Sequence record: SRR2962707_1122
Length of the DNA: 64,000 bases
Reading direction: 5' to 3' (one strand)
Position numbers and translations under genes: made by a program
Notes under the pieces: generated by a model
Told to the model about the DNA's origin: nothing
Database searches by the model: none
The model's input: only the letters and a program-made list of their open reading frames with translations
In this document: piece after piece, positions 39,729 through 48,760 of the stretch
Numbering within the stretch: the stretch's first letter is position 1
How the letters are laid out: each line of letters begins with the position of its first letter

Positions 39729-41587
39729 TTTGTTGCCTCCTCTCCTTCGGAGCCTCGAATGCGTCGCCAGAAGCTGCGCATTGAGCCGACAATGCCCTCG
39801 GGGGCGATCACAACAACGGCAATAATGATAAGCCCAAGGAGCAAGCGCCAATATTCGAGGCGGGTGATCCAGTCTTCTGCGAGTGTCATAAAGCTGGCAC
39901 CGACAACGCCACCGGCAATGGTTTTGACACCGCCCAAGAAGACCACAATCAACGCATCAAAGCTGGCAGCGATTTCCAATTCTGTCGGAAACACCGACCC
40001 TTTGGAAAACACGAAGATCCCGCCAGCAAGTCCGGCCAGAACACCAGCAAGGGCAAAGGCCAGATATTGGATACGCTTCACATTGATCCCCATGGCTTCT
40101 GCTTGACGGGGGCTATCCCGTCCGGCGCGCAAGGCATACCCAAAGGGTGAATGGATCACGTGGCGCAGGAACAGAATACCACCGATCCCGAAAATGAGCG
40201 TGAAATAATAGTAAGGTATCGAACTGTTCAACCATGGGGCGGGCCAAATGTTGACCAGCCCATCGTCACCTCGGGTGACCGCGCGCCACTGAAAGGCCAG
40301 AGACCAAACCAGCTGAGAAAACGCTAAGGTGAGCATGGCGAAATAGACCCCGGTTAACCGGATACAGAACCACCCGATCCCTAACGCAAGCAGTCCAGCG
40401 GCAAGCGGTGCCAAAAGGAAAGCCAGCTCCATTGGCGTGTCCGTGTGAAACACCAGTAACGCGGCGGCATATGCGCCCCCGCCGAAAAAGGCGGCGTGGC
40501 CAAAGCTAACCAACCCGCCGGAGCCAAGGATAAAGTGCAAGGACGCGGCGAAGAGCGCGAAGACAACAATATCGACCAGAAGTGTCAGAACAAATTGCTC
40601 TGCGACCAAAGGCAGAATGGCGAGGATCACAAACAAGCCCGCGACCAATGCCTGACCGACGCGTCCATAGGGGCGGATCGGTTCTTCTGGAGCGCCCACT
40701 TGGCCGTGTTCCCCCGCCACTTCTTCACGACCAAACAGGCCGTAGGGGCGGATGATCAGGACAAGCGCCATCACAACGAACATCAGAACCAAGGTTGATT
40801 GGGGCAGGTAGGTGACGCCAAAGGCGTTCAGAACCGAGATCAATACAGAGGCCACAAATGCCCCCGGCAATGAACCCATGCCGCCAATCACAACGACCAC
40901 AAACACGGCGCCGATGATGTTGAAATCCATCAGCAAGTCTGCGCCCCCTTTGGGCAATTGCAGCGCGCCTCCCCATCCGGCGAGGGCGGAACCCAGGGCA
41001 AAAACACCTGTAAACAACCAAGCCTGATTAACTCCAAGCGCACCGACCATCTCGCGGTCCTGGGTGGCGGCTCTGACCAGAATGCCAACACGTGTTTTGG
41101 TGATCAAATACCAAAGGGCAAACAGGATGAACGGTGTAATAGCGATCAAGACAATATCGTATTTCAACACGGGTTCACCAAAAACACGCCAGATTCCACG
41201 AAGACCTGGCGCGCGTGGCCCAAGCTGGTCTTCGGCGCCCCAAATCATCAATGCCAAATCCTGAATGATGAGGATCACACCGAAGGTCGCCACCAGCTGG
41301 AATAGTTCAGGTGCGCGGTAAATCGGTCTCAGAACGATCATTTCCACCAAAGCGCCAATCAGGCCTACGATCAATCCGGTAAGCAGGATCGCGGTCCAGA
41401 ATCCGACGGCACCAGAGAGGGTGTCCATCAGGAAAATACCGATGAAGGCGCCCAGCATGTAAAAGGATCCATGGGCAAAATTGACAATACGCGTGACGCC
41501 AAAAATGAGCGACAAGCCCGAGGCTACAAGAAACAGGGCGGCGGCATTCGCCAATCCTGTCAGGAACAGTGAGAAGAAAAAGGCCAT
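39725..41587 (-). CDS. Fused LivH-LivM-type ABC permease
   Basis: IVNFAHG (LivH half) and VSFGHAAFFG...TLAFSQ (LivM half) in one 620 aa ORF. Confidence 0.9.
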   Translation of the reverse strand: MAFFFSLFLTGLANAAALFLVASGLSLIFGVTRIVNFAHGSFYMLGAFIGIFLMDTLSGAVGFWTAILLTGLIVGLIGALVEMIVLRPIYRAPELFQLVATFGVILIIQDLALMIWGAEDQLGPRAPGLRGIWRVFGEPVLKYDIVLIAITPFILFALWYLITKTRVGILVRAATQDREMVGALGVNQAWLFTGVFALGSALAGWGGALQLPKGGADLLMDFNIIGAVFVVVVIGGMGSLPGAFVASVLISVLNAFGVTYLPQSTLVLMFVVMALVLIIRPYGLFGREEVAGEHGQVGAPEEPIRPYGRVGQALVAGLFVILAILPLVAEQFVLTLLVDIVVFALFAASLHFILGSGGLVSFGHAAFFGGGAYAAALLVFHTDTPMELAFLLAPLAAGLLALGIGWFCIRLTGVYFAMLTLAFSQLVWSLAFQWRAVTRGDDGLVNIWPAPWLNSSIPYYYFTLIFGIGGILFLRHVIHSPFGYALRAGRDSPRQAEAMGINVKRIQYLAFALAGVLAGLAGGIFVFSKGSVFPTELEIAASFDALIVVFLGGVKTIAGGVVGASFMTLAEDWITRLEYWRLLLGLIIIAVVVIAPEGIVGSMRSFWRRIRGSEGEEATK

Positions 41588-41713
41588 GAGTAAGAGCCGT
41601 TCCTAACGTCTGAAAGCTGGGTCGCATCTCGAGGCTCTGCGAAAAGCGCGTCAAGTGCCGACAGAAAGGGGGGCGGGTCTCCTGGCTGGGGTGCCGGAGA
41701 TGTATATATGGAT

Positions 41714-41738
41714 GGGCGCAGACAATAAGCCTGCGCCC
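41714..41738 (-). terminator. Stem-loop after the binding-protein gene
   Basis: GGGCGCAG-N9-CTGCGCCC inverted repeat. Confidence 0.5.
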
Positions 41739-41745
41739 GGAACCA

Positions 41746-42954
41746 TTAGTCAGCTGGGCGCATTTCTGCGATTTCAGCATCCGAAGGCATGTATGGGGCT
41801 GGATCTTTGTATTCCCAATCTACCATCACACCTTTGCCATCCTCGATAGCAATCGTGCCGACGTAGGCGCCCATGGTCGACTGGTTATCAATCGAGCGAT
41901 ATTTCAGCATGCCAATCGGCGTATCAGGGATTTCGAGATCTTCGAAGGCTGCCATCAAGGCCGCAGTGTCCGTCGATCCGGCTTTTTCGATTGCGGCGGC
42001 AATCGACAACACGTCCATATAGCCGACGAGTGACCCGATCTTTGGCGTTTCGCCTGTGGCCGCAATATAAGCATCGACAAAGTCCTGCTCAGGCGTGCCT
42101 TCTTCGAAGCCATACCAAGGGTAGCCCGTCACAAACCAACCTTCTGGGGCTTCGTCACCGAGTGGCTCAAGATACTCTGGTTCACCTGTCAAAAGGCCAT
42201 AGACACTGCGGCCATCGAAAAGACCGCGGTCCGTACCATCCCGCACGAATTTCGCGAGGTCTGAGCCAAAGGTCACGTTGTAGATCGCGTCCGGCTTAGA
42301 CCGTTCGATGGCCTGAACTTCCGCACCGGCATCGATTTTGAACAAAGCGGGCCACTGTTCTGCAACGAACTCAACCTCAGGCTTAAGCGCTTTTAGGTTC
42401 GCCTTGAAAGCGGCAACCGCATCTTGGCCATAGGCATAGTTCGGCGCGATAGTTGCGTACTTGATGGCGTCTGTCTTGGCGGCTTCTTCGGCCAACATCG
42501 CGGCCTGAACCCAAGTGGAGGCGCGCAAACGGAAAGTTTCGGCATTGCCTGAGCTCCAGACAAGGCTGTCTGCCAACGGTTCGGCCGCCAGATAGAGATA
42601 GCCTTTTTCCGATGCAAAGGAGGAGAGGGCCAGACCAACGTGGCTGAGGATCGTGCCGGTCAGCATGACCGCGCCGTCACGCGTCATCAGCTCTTCGGCG
42701 ATTTTGATCGCTTCGGCGGGGTCGCCTTGGTCATCGCGGTAGATGAACTCAAGCGGTTTGCCGAGTACACCGCCATCCGCGTTCACTTCGGATAAGGCAA
42801 GCTCAATTCCCAGTTTATACGGGGCCGCAAAGGCCGCCATACGTTTGTAATGATTGATTTCACCAATCTTGATTGTGTCTTGCGCAAACGCCGCGGCCGG
42901 AGCCATGGTAAGCAATGCAGCAGTCGCAAGTAATATACGTCGCGTAAAGGTCAT
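41746..42954 (-). CDS. Liv-type ABC substrate-binding protein
   Basis: Signal peptide, IKIGEIN, GGVLGKPLEFIYRDD, APNYAYG. Confidence 0.9.
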   Translation of the reverse strand: MTFTRRILLATAALLTMAPAAAFAQDTIKIGEINHYKRMAAFAAPYKLGIELALSEVNADGGVLGKPLEFIYRDDQGDPAEAIKIAEELMTRDGAVMLTGTILSHVGLALSSFASEKGYLYLAAEPLADSLVWSSGNAETFRLRASTWVQAAMLAEEAAKTDAIKYATIAPNYAYGQDAVAAFKANLKALKPEVEFVAEQWPALFKIDAGAEVQAIERSKPDAIYNVTFGSDLAKFVRDGTDRGLFDGRSVYGLLTGEPEYLEPLGDEAPEGWFVTGYPWYGFEEGTPEQDFVDAYIAATGETPKIGSLVGYMDVLSIAAAIEKAGSTDTAALMAAFEDLEIPDTPIGMLKYRSIDNQSTMGAYVGTIAIEDGKGVMVDWEYKDPAPYMPSDAEIAEMRPAD

Positions 42955-43017
42955 ATTGTTTCTCCTGTTGGGGAATGGATGCCTTGCGGCCAGTGGGGAC
43001 ACCCGGTCTTGTGCCGG

Positions 43018-44088
43018 TTAGTCGTGATAAACGAAGGCGGGGGATAAATCCGCAGGTAAGACTTCGGTGCGCTCAAGCTCTAATAGCTCGTTGATACGCT
43101 TGCGATAAACTAAGGGTCCTTTGTCGATAGCAATACGTATAGGACGGCGTTTGGCTGGGCGCATTTCTTCGGCCTGGACGGCTTCGAGGATCTCTTTGTC
43201 CTCATCAAACGCTTTGCGGAACATGGCGTCCATTGTTTCTTCGGCCGCGGGATCATCCAGCGCGGTGTTGCGGATGTGCATCCAGCGATCAATTGTGTAG
43301 CCTTCTGTCACCGGAGTCATGAAGTGCAGTGCAAAAATGCGCACGCCTTTATCGCGTTCATCCTCAGCGATTGCTGCCTCGACTGGGGCCGAACCAAAAT
43401 CAATCACAGCCGTGCAAGGGGTGTACAAGTAGTAGTAGTGCCAACGGTCGACGTTGCCTTCAAAGCCGCCGAACCCTTTGAAGAAACCAATGGGTTCCGC
43501 GTCTCTGATCCAGCGCCAGGCTACAATCGCCTCGCCTTCTGTTTGAACATGCACGGGCACATTTTCAGATGCGGCATTGCCCAAGGTTGTTGGGTGAACA
43601 AAGCTTACATGGGCTGGATCGACCAAATTCTCGGCCACATTAAGATAGTTGGATTTCAGATGCAGCGCATCGCCATGATGAACGGCCCAGGCAGGGTCCG
43701 TAAACTGGGGCATGTCAAAGATGTCGGCGGTGTCTGCCTTTTCAGGATCCCCCATCCAGATCCAGACAATGCCGTGTCGTTCTTCGATCGGAAAGGCCAG
43801 GACATAGGCGCTTTTGGGCAGGTTGGTTTGTCCAGGCACCCGAACGCAGGCCCCGGAACAGTCAAAGGTCAGGCCATGATACCCGCATTGCACGGTGTCT
43901 CCGATCCTCTTGCCCTTGGACAAGGGCAACAAGCGGTGCGGGCAACGGTCTTCCAACGCGGCTACTGTACCGTCGGACTTTCGGAACATGACAATGTTGT
44001 CATCCAGAATGGTAAAGCGGCGTAATTCATCGTCAATTTCACTGGACCAACCGGCGACATACCAAGCATTTCGTACGAAATTTGTCAT
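43018..44088 (-). CDS. Rieske non-heme iron oxygenase alpha subunit, VanA-like (O/N-demethylase-type group)
   Basis: NAWYVA, DRCPHR...CGYHG Rieske site, ENLVDPAHVSFVH mononuclear Fe site, FDEDKEILEAVQ. Confidence 0.9.
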   Translation of the reverse strand: MTNFVRNAWYVAGWSSEIDDELRRFTILDDNIVMFRKSDGTVAALEDRCPHRLLPLSKGKRIGDTVQCGYHGLTFDCSGACVRVPGQTNLPKSAYVLAFPIEERHGIVWIWMGDPEKADTADIFDMPQFTDPAWAVHHGDALHLKSNYLNVAENLVDPAHVSFVHPTTLGNAASENVPVHVQTEGEAIVAWRWIRDAEPIGFFKGFGGFEGNVDRWHYYYLYTPCTAVIDFGSAPVEAAIAEDERDKGVRIFALHFMTPVTEGYTIDRWMHIRNTALDDPAAEETMDAMFRKAFDEDKEILEAVQAEEMRPAKRRPIRIAIDKGPLVYRKRINELLELERTEVLPADLSPAFVYHD

Positions 44089-44116
44089 AAGCCTTGTTCC
44101 TTCGTCTCTAGAGTCG

Positions 44117-44695
44117 TTAGCGCAAGCCGTCCGCGCCAATGATATTTTGGTGTTCTAATCCGCCCACACGTGGGTTTGGGCGACCGCCGATTTGCAAGGC
44201 AATGGCGACAAGAATTTCTGTCGAGCGCGGCGCGTCAGGCAATTGTAGGCGCATGCCGTCAAAATGGCTGCGGACATAGGCGGCATCTTTATGGCCCAAA
44301 GGCACGTCGATCACGTCCCCAGGTCCACCCATCGCCTTCGATGAGGGAACCAAAGCTTTGCCGCCGCCCAGAACGTTCCGCAAGGGGGCGCCCATTTTGG
44401 GATGAAGCAATGCCGCGGCATGTTCCAGCTCTCCGGCCTCACCGACCAAAGCCGCTTTGCCATATCCTTGAACGTCTGAGGCATCGCAGCCCAAAGCCAT
44501 AAGAGCTTCTTGTCCTAAAAGGCTGCCTAAATGTGCACCGGTTTCGATCAATTCGCCCAAGTCGTCGCTATAGCGTCCGGCAAACGGATTAGCGATCACC
44601 GCTGCCGCCAAAGCGCGCTGGGCGGGGGGGGAAATCTCCCGCCCCATTTCGCGCCGGGTTTCTTCGCGCAGAGTTATGATGCGGCGAATTTTCAA
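44117..44695 (-). CDS. DUF1185 / 'amino acid synthesis' family protein
   Basis: NPFAGRY, GYGKAALVG, GELEH, VRSHFD, GGL. Confidence 0.85.
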   Translation of the reverse strand: MKIRRIITLREETRREMGREISPPAQRALAAAVIANPFAGRYSDDLGELIETGAHLGSLLGQEALMALGCDASDVQGYGKAALVGEAGELEHAAALLHPKMGAPLRNVLGGGKALVPSSKAMGGPGDVIDVPLGHKDAAYVRSHFDGMRLQLPDAPRSTEILVAIALQIGGRPNPRVGGLEHQNIIGADGLR

Positions 44696-45276
44696 CGCAA
44701 GCCATCCTCGCCTTTGACGTCCTTGGCCGCCAAACCGCCGACACGTGCGTGGATGCGGCTGCCTGTGCTCATGACCAGTACCAGAAGAATTTCATCGGCT
44801 TTTGGGGCGTCCGGTAGGCCAACTTCGATCGCATCAAAATGGGACCGCACATAAGAGGCATTGGTGTGTGTGATCGGGACATCCAAACGCGCGCCGGGGG
44901 CGCCGACTTTTTTGGTTGAGGGTACGATGGCCATGTTTTCTGCAATCACATCGCGCATCGCATAGCCGCCGGGAACATGCCAAAGCGCGCCATGCTCGAT
45001 TTCGCCATTTGTGCCGACAATGGCGCCCTTTCCGTATCCTTCAACCACGGCAGCATCACCGCCAAGGGCGTCGACTAACTGCTTGGCCATATCGGCCCCA
45101 AGGGGTTCGAGATCTTTCATGAAGCCTTGGATGTCTTCCACATAACGCCCCGCAAAGGGGTTCGCGATCACAGTCATACAGGCGGCGCGCTTCAAGGGAA
45201 CTTCGGGTGTGGGCCCGCCTTCGTGGAAAATGGTTTCAACCAGAATTGCCGATTTTCGAATGATGGGTTCAGGCAT
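44692..45276 (-). CDS. DUF1185 / 'amino acid synthesis' family protein (paralog)
   Basis: NPFAGRY, GYGKGAIVG, GEIEH, YVRSHFD, RIHARVGGL. Confidence 0.85.
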   Translation of the reverse strand: MPEPIIRKSAILVETIFHEGGPTPEVPLKRAACMTVIANPFAGRYVEDIQGFMKDLEPLGADMAKQLVDALGGDAAVVEGYGKGAIVGTNGEIEHGALWHVPGGYAMRDVIAENMAIVPSTKKVGAPGARLDVPITHTNASYVRSHFDAIEVGLPDAPKADEILLVLVMSTGSRIHARVGGLAAKDVKGEDGLR

Positions 45277-46132
45277 GTGATAGTTCCTTGCGTGTGACGA
45301 GGTCGCCAATTGTTATCCGCTCTCCCTGGCACGCGAGGCATGCCGCGGATATGAGACCTTGTTTTCTATAGTGGTCGGCCAGTTTTGCCCCGTTCGCAAG
45401 CGCTTGTTGCGCTTCAGAGGGAACCAAGGGCCCAACGTCAACTGTGACAGGACGAGTGCCAAGATCACTGTCAGGGGACAAAGTGTCGGCGGGTGCACGG
45501 GTAATGGCAGGATGATCCGTCAAGTTTACTGAGTTGGCAATAAGCGTTGCGGCAGCGTCCGCCACCGCGGCAGACTTTGCCAGAACCGTGACGGCATCGG
45601 CGATTCCCATGGAATGAGAACGCCCGCGCCATCCAGACGTTGCGACACCACCGATGCCATCCCTGGGCCCGATCTGTGCCTTGGCGCCGAGTGTCCTACT
45701 GATCGGGTCTTCGCAGACTGTCAGGCGGAGCGGATCTTTCACCGTCCACAGGGCGATGTCCCCACCATTATTCACATGTGCCTGTGACAAGCCGTGATTG
45801 TGCGTCAGAACGGCCGCCAAGATATGATCGGCGACACTGCCGGCAACGGCGGCCATAGGGGTAATAAAGGTCGGGGCGAAACGCGAAATCGCCTGCTGCA
45901 TCCTACGGGCCACGTCTCCGGTGACCTGAGGCCCAGAGTTAGACCGTAATCTAGGCAGTTCCGAAACCAAACTATTCAAGATGGGTTGAAAGGCCTTGTT
46001 CGCGCGGTTGTAGGCAGATCGTACCGCGTCGGGTGACCCTTTGAGCGTCACGATAAGGTCAATTGGGCCGTGCACCAAACGAAGCCTGCCGTCTTGCGAT
46101 AAACGCGCCGAAGGAGTTTCGGTCCAGCTCAT
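45269..46132 (-). CDS. UPF0280 family protein (ApbE-like fold)
   Basis: HGPIDL, TPMAAVAGSVAD, VNNGGDIA, ATSGWRGRSHSMGIADAVTV, ADAAAT. Confidence 0.85.
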   Translation of the reverse strand: MSWTETPSARLSQDGRLRLVHGPIDLIVTLKGSPDAVRSAYNRANKAFQPILNSLVSELPRLRSNSGPQVTGDVARRMQQAISRFAPTFITPMAAVAGSVADHILAAVLTHNHGLSQAHVNNGGDIALWTVKDPLRLTVCEDPISRTLGAKAQIGPRDGIGGVATSGWRGRSHSMGIADAVTVLAKSAAVADAAATLIANSVNLTDHPAITRAPADTLSPDSDLGTRPVTVDVGPLVPSEAQQALANGAKLADHYRKQGLISAACLACQGERITIGDLVTRKELSHA

Positions 46133-47637
46133 TTGCTGCGCTCCTTTGAGCCGGGCCAAGGCGTGCCATCTTTGCGCCCTTCTGTTCGTTGCCCGGATAA
46201 CCGATGATCGTTCTGGCGCCCAACGATGCCTTTGAGCGCATCCTCAATTGGCATTACATAATCCATATGTCCGCCAAGCGCGGCATAGTCCGATGCGGTC
46301 ATTGTGAATTCAATCGGGGCGACCAGGGCCGGTGTCGGGACGTAGCCAAAGGCGTTTTTCGGCATCTTCGTGACATCTGCCATAAAGGTAATGCCACCAC
46401 CGGGCCACATCATCACAGGTGCACCGCCCACGGTGACACGTGTCAAGCGGGACTGAACGGACCGCGTCAGGCTGACAGGGTTTTCCGTGACACCAGACCG
46501 CAAGGATCCCCCTGCGCCCGCCATAAACAACACAGAGGTCAGCGACGGTTCACAGTTTTCTTCGATCCGCTGAACGGACGGCATCAACCGTGCCGGCATT
46601 TCCTTTTCGACGGGTACCAGCTCTTCGTTCAACTCGAAATACGCTGCGTTTTCACCCGTGGTCGAGACCATCAACAAGGATAGCCCGGGCCAAGCTTGTG
46701 CTGGCTTCCAGCTATCGAGGATCGTCAGAGGATCAGAAAGGTCAGTTCCGCCCCAACCAGTACCGGGCTCTGCCACTTGAAAATAGCGTCCGGGGGTCGA
46801 GCGCCGTCCACGAATGCGGATGCCCGTTGGCTTCCATCCAATGACTTTGCCCGCCTGATGCTCTGACATAACGCCTGTAATATGGTCATCAACCACGACC
46901 ACCTCATCGACCAAGCCCTGCCATTGGGCGGCAAACATGCCCACCGTCGCAGAACCGCAGCCGACTCTCATGCGTTCTTCTCGGTGTCCGTTAACAATCG
47001 GGGCCTGTCCGGCCTTAATTTCAAGGTCAGATCCGTCGTCGATCGTAAGCTGTACGCTTTCACCATTGCACAAAGCAAGTAGGGCGGAACACGTAGCGCG
47101 CCCCTCTTTCTTAGACCCCCCGGTCAGGTGATTAACACCACCTAGCGATAGCATTTGCGAGCCGTATTCTGAGGTTGTGACGTGACCGATAATTTCGCCA
47201 TCAGCCCGGACCGAGGCACATTCGCTGCCCAAGTGCCGGTCGGTGTCGATTTTTACTTTGGCACCGCAGTAGGAAAAAATACCTTCGGTGACGACAGTTA
47301 TCATATCCGTATCGGCGGTTTTTGACGCGACGATAAAGGGCGCTGGTTTATAGTCAGGATACGTGGTGCCAGAGCCTACGGCGGTGATGAAGTTTTCATC
47401 GCCGGACACCAAATTACCGTCCCATTCACGATCAAGGAAAGGCACCAAAGGTGTTTCTGACGGGCGGTTTTCCAGAATGGTCAATGGATCAAGGCGGACT
47501 AGTTCGCCGCCTTCATTGGCATAGCGATCACAGGCGCCCGAGCGTCCGTCGGCGATATAGCACATTACCGGGCAAGCATCGCACCGGATTTTCTCCGGTT
47601 TGTCGGCGGCGCTGCGTTTGGTCCTAGTCTCGGTCAC
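46129..47637 (-). CDS. hnr: 6-hydroxynicotinate reductase-like Fe-S flavoprotein
   Basis: CDACPVMC...GACDRY, GSGTTYPDYKPAPF, MRVGCGSA, DDHITG, STPGRYF, GAGGSLR, WPGGGIT; likely GTG start at 47637 after GGAG. Confidence 0.85.
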   Translation of the reverse strand: MTETRTKRSAADKPEKIRCDACPVMCYIADGRSGACDRYANEGGELVRLDPLTILENRPSETPLVPFLDREWDGNLVSGDENFITAVGSGTTYPDYKPAPFIVASKTADTDMITVVTEGIFSYCGAKVKIDTDRHLGSECASVRADGEIIGHVTTSEYGSQMLSLGGVNHLTGGSKKEGRATCSALLALCNGESVQLTIDDGSDLEIKAGQAPIVNGHREERMRVGCGSATVGMFAAQWQGLVDEVVVVDDHITGVMSEHQAGKVIGWKPTGIRIRGRRSTPGRYFQVAEPGTGWGGTDLSDPLTILDSWKPAQAWPGLSLLMVSTTGENAAYFELNEELVPVEKEMPARLMPSVQRIEENCEPSLTSVLFMAGAGGSLRSGVTENPVSLTRSVQSRLTRVTVGGAPVMMWPGGGITFMADVTKMPKNAFGYVPTPALVAPIEFTMTASDYAALGGHMDYVMPIEDALKGIVGRQNDHRLSGQRTEGRKDGTPWPGSKERSK

Positions 47638-47671
47638 GGTCTGAGCTCCAATGTCGGCGCGTGCGGCGAAT

Positions 47672-47689
47672 TCATTCGTATACGAACGC
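47672..47689. promoter_or_regulatory. Palindromic operator 1 (core TTCGTATACGAA) upstream of hnr
   Basis: Perfect 12 bp palindrome at 47675-47686; TTGACA on the minus strand about 20 bp upstream. Confidence 0.7.
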
Positions 47690-47738
47690 ATAATGATTGT
47701 TTGTGTGTCAACAAGTTTGAGAAACTTTTTGTGATCGC

Positions 47739-48566
47739 TCAGTCCACAAAGGCTTTTTCGACCACGAATTCAGCGGGTTTGTTGTTGGCCCCTTCTGTGA
47801 GGCCCAAGTTTACACAAAGATCGCGACAATCGCGTAGCATTTCCATTGAGCCACAGATCATGACACGGTCATTTTTTGGGGTTATTGGCGGTACCGAAAG
47901 CTCTTTGTAGATGTAGCCGGACTCAATCAGTGTCGTTAACCGTCCTTGCACTGGAAAGGCTTCGCGGGTGACGGAGTTGAAAAGATGCAGGCGGCCACTG
48001 GCAAGCTCTCCGACTAAGGGATCTTCTTTTGTTGCTTGAGTAATTTCTTGACCGTAGGAGAGTTCTGCCACCTGACGCGCGCCATGACACAGGATAACCT
48101 CTTCAAATTGCTCATATGTTTCGGGATCCCGGATCAGGGACGCAAATGGTGCGATGCCGGTTCCGGTGGACAACATCCAAAGCCGTTTGCCCGGAGTTAA
48201 GGCGTCAACAACAAGCGTCCCGGTTGGCTTTTTACGCATCAGGACAGTGTCGCCCTCGCGAATTTTTTGCAGATGCTCTGTCAAAGGGCCGTCCGGGACT
48301 TTGATCGAATAGAATTCGATTGTGTCGTCCCAGGAAGGCGAAGCGATAGAGTATGCTCTCATGACAGGGCGATCAGAGTTCGGCAGTCCGATCATCACAA
48401 ATTCACCCGACCGGAACCTAAAAGAAGCAGGCCGTGTCACGCGAAACCGAAAGAGCCGGTCCGTGTAGTGCTGCACTTCTGTCACCGCAAGAGCAAAGCA
48501 ATTTGCCGGTACCGCGAATCCCGCTGTGTCCTTTTCAGAGTCCAGCTTTGCAGCTTGAGTGATCAT
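47739..48566 (-). CDS. fpr: Ferredoxin--NADP(+) reductase (bacterial Fpr type)
   Basis: FRSGEFVMIGL, RAYSIAS, GPLT, TGTGIAPF, MICGS, FVVEKAF. Confidence 0.92.
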   Translation of the reverse strand: MITQAAKLDSEKDTAGFAVPANCFALAVTEVQHYTDRLFRFRVTRPASFRFRSGEFVMIGLPNSDRPVMRAYSIASPSWDDTIEFYSIKVPDGPLTEHLQKIREGDTVLMRKKPTGTLVVDALTPGKRLWMLSTGTGIAPFASLIRDPETYEQFEEVILCHGARQVAELSYGQEITQATKEDPLVGELASGRLHLFNSVTREAFPVQGRLTTLIESGYIYKELSVPPITPKNDRVMICGSMEMLRDCRDLCVNLGLTEGANNKPAEFVVEKAFVD

Positions 48567-48614
48567 CTTTGAGCTCCGTTTTGCATCATTTCAGGGCGGA
48601 TGCTGCGCTAAAAA

Positions 48615-48630
48615 TCATTCGTATACAAAT
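48615..48630. promoter_or_regulatory. Operator 2 (TCATTCGTATACAAAT) in the fpr / Mo-hydroxylase divergent region
   Basis: Near-identical to operator 1. Confidence 0.68.
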
Positions 48631-48716
48631 AAAAAACAACTTTTGACTAAAGTTTGCAGTGATGTGCACGAAGGCAATTGACAACTTTTCATGCAGCTTC
48701 CTACGGTGTGCACATA

Positions 48717-48734
48717 TCATTTGCGTACGAATGA
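48717..48734. promoter_or_regulatory. Operator 3 (TCATTTGCGTACGAATGA) upstream of the Mo-hydroxylase
   Basis: Reverse complement TCATTCGTACGCAAATGA fits the same consensus; lies downstream of TTGACA at 48678. Confidence 0.65.
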
Positions 48735-48760
48735 TGATTTGTAACCCGAGGTAGGCCGAC

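Noticed and set aside
39725-41587. LivH-LivM fusion as a novelty
   Set aside because: Fused permeases are a known variant of Liv-type ABC systems.
44067-44080. Palindrome ATTTCGTACGAAAT at the start of the Rieske gene as a fourth operator
   Set aside because: It lies inside coding sequence and its core is 2 bp shorter than the three intergenic sites; may be chance.
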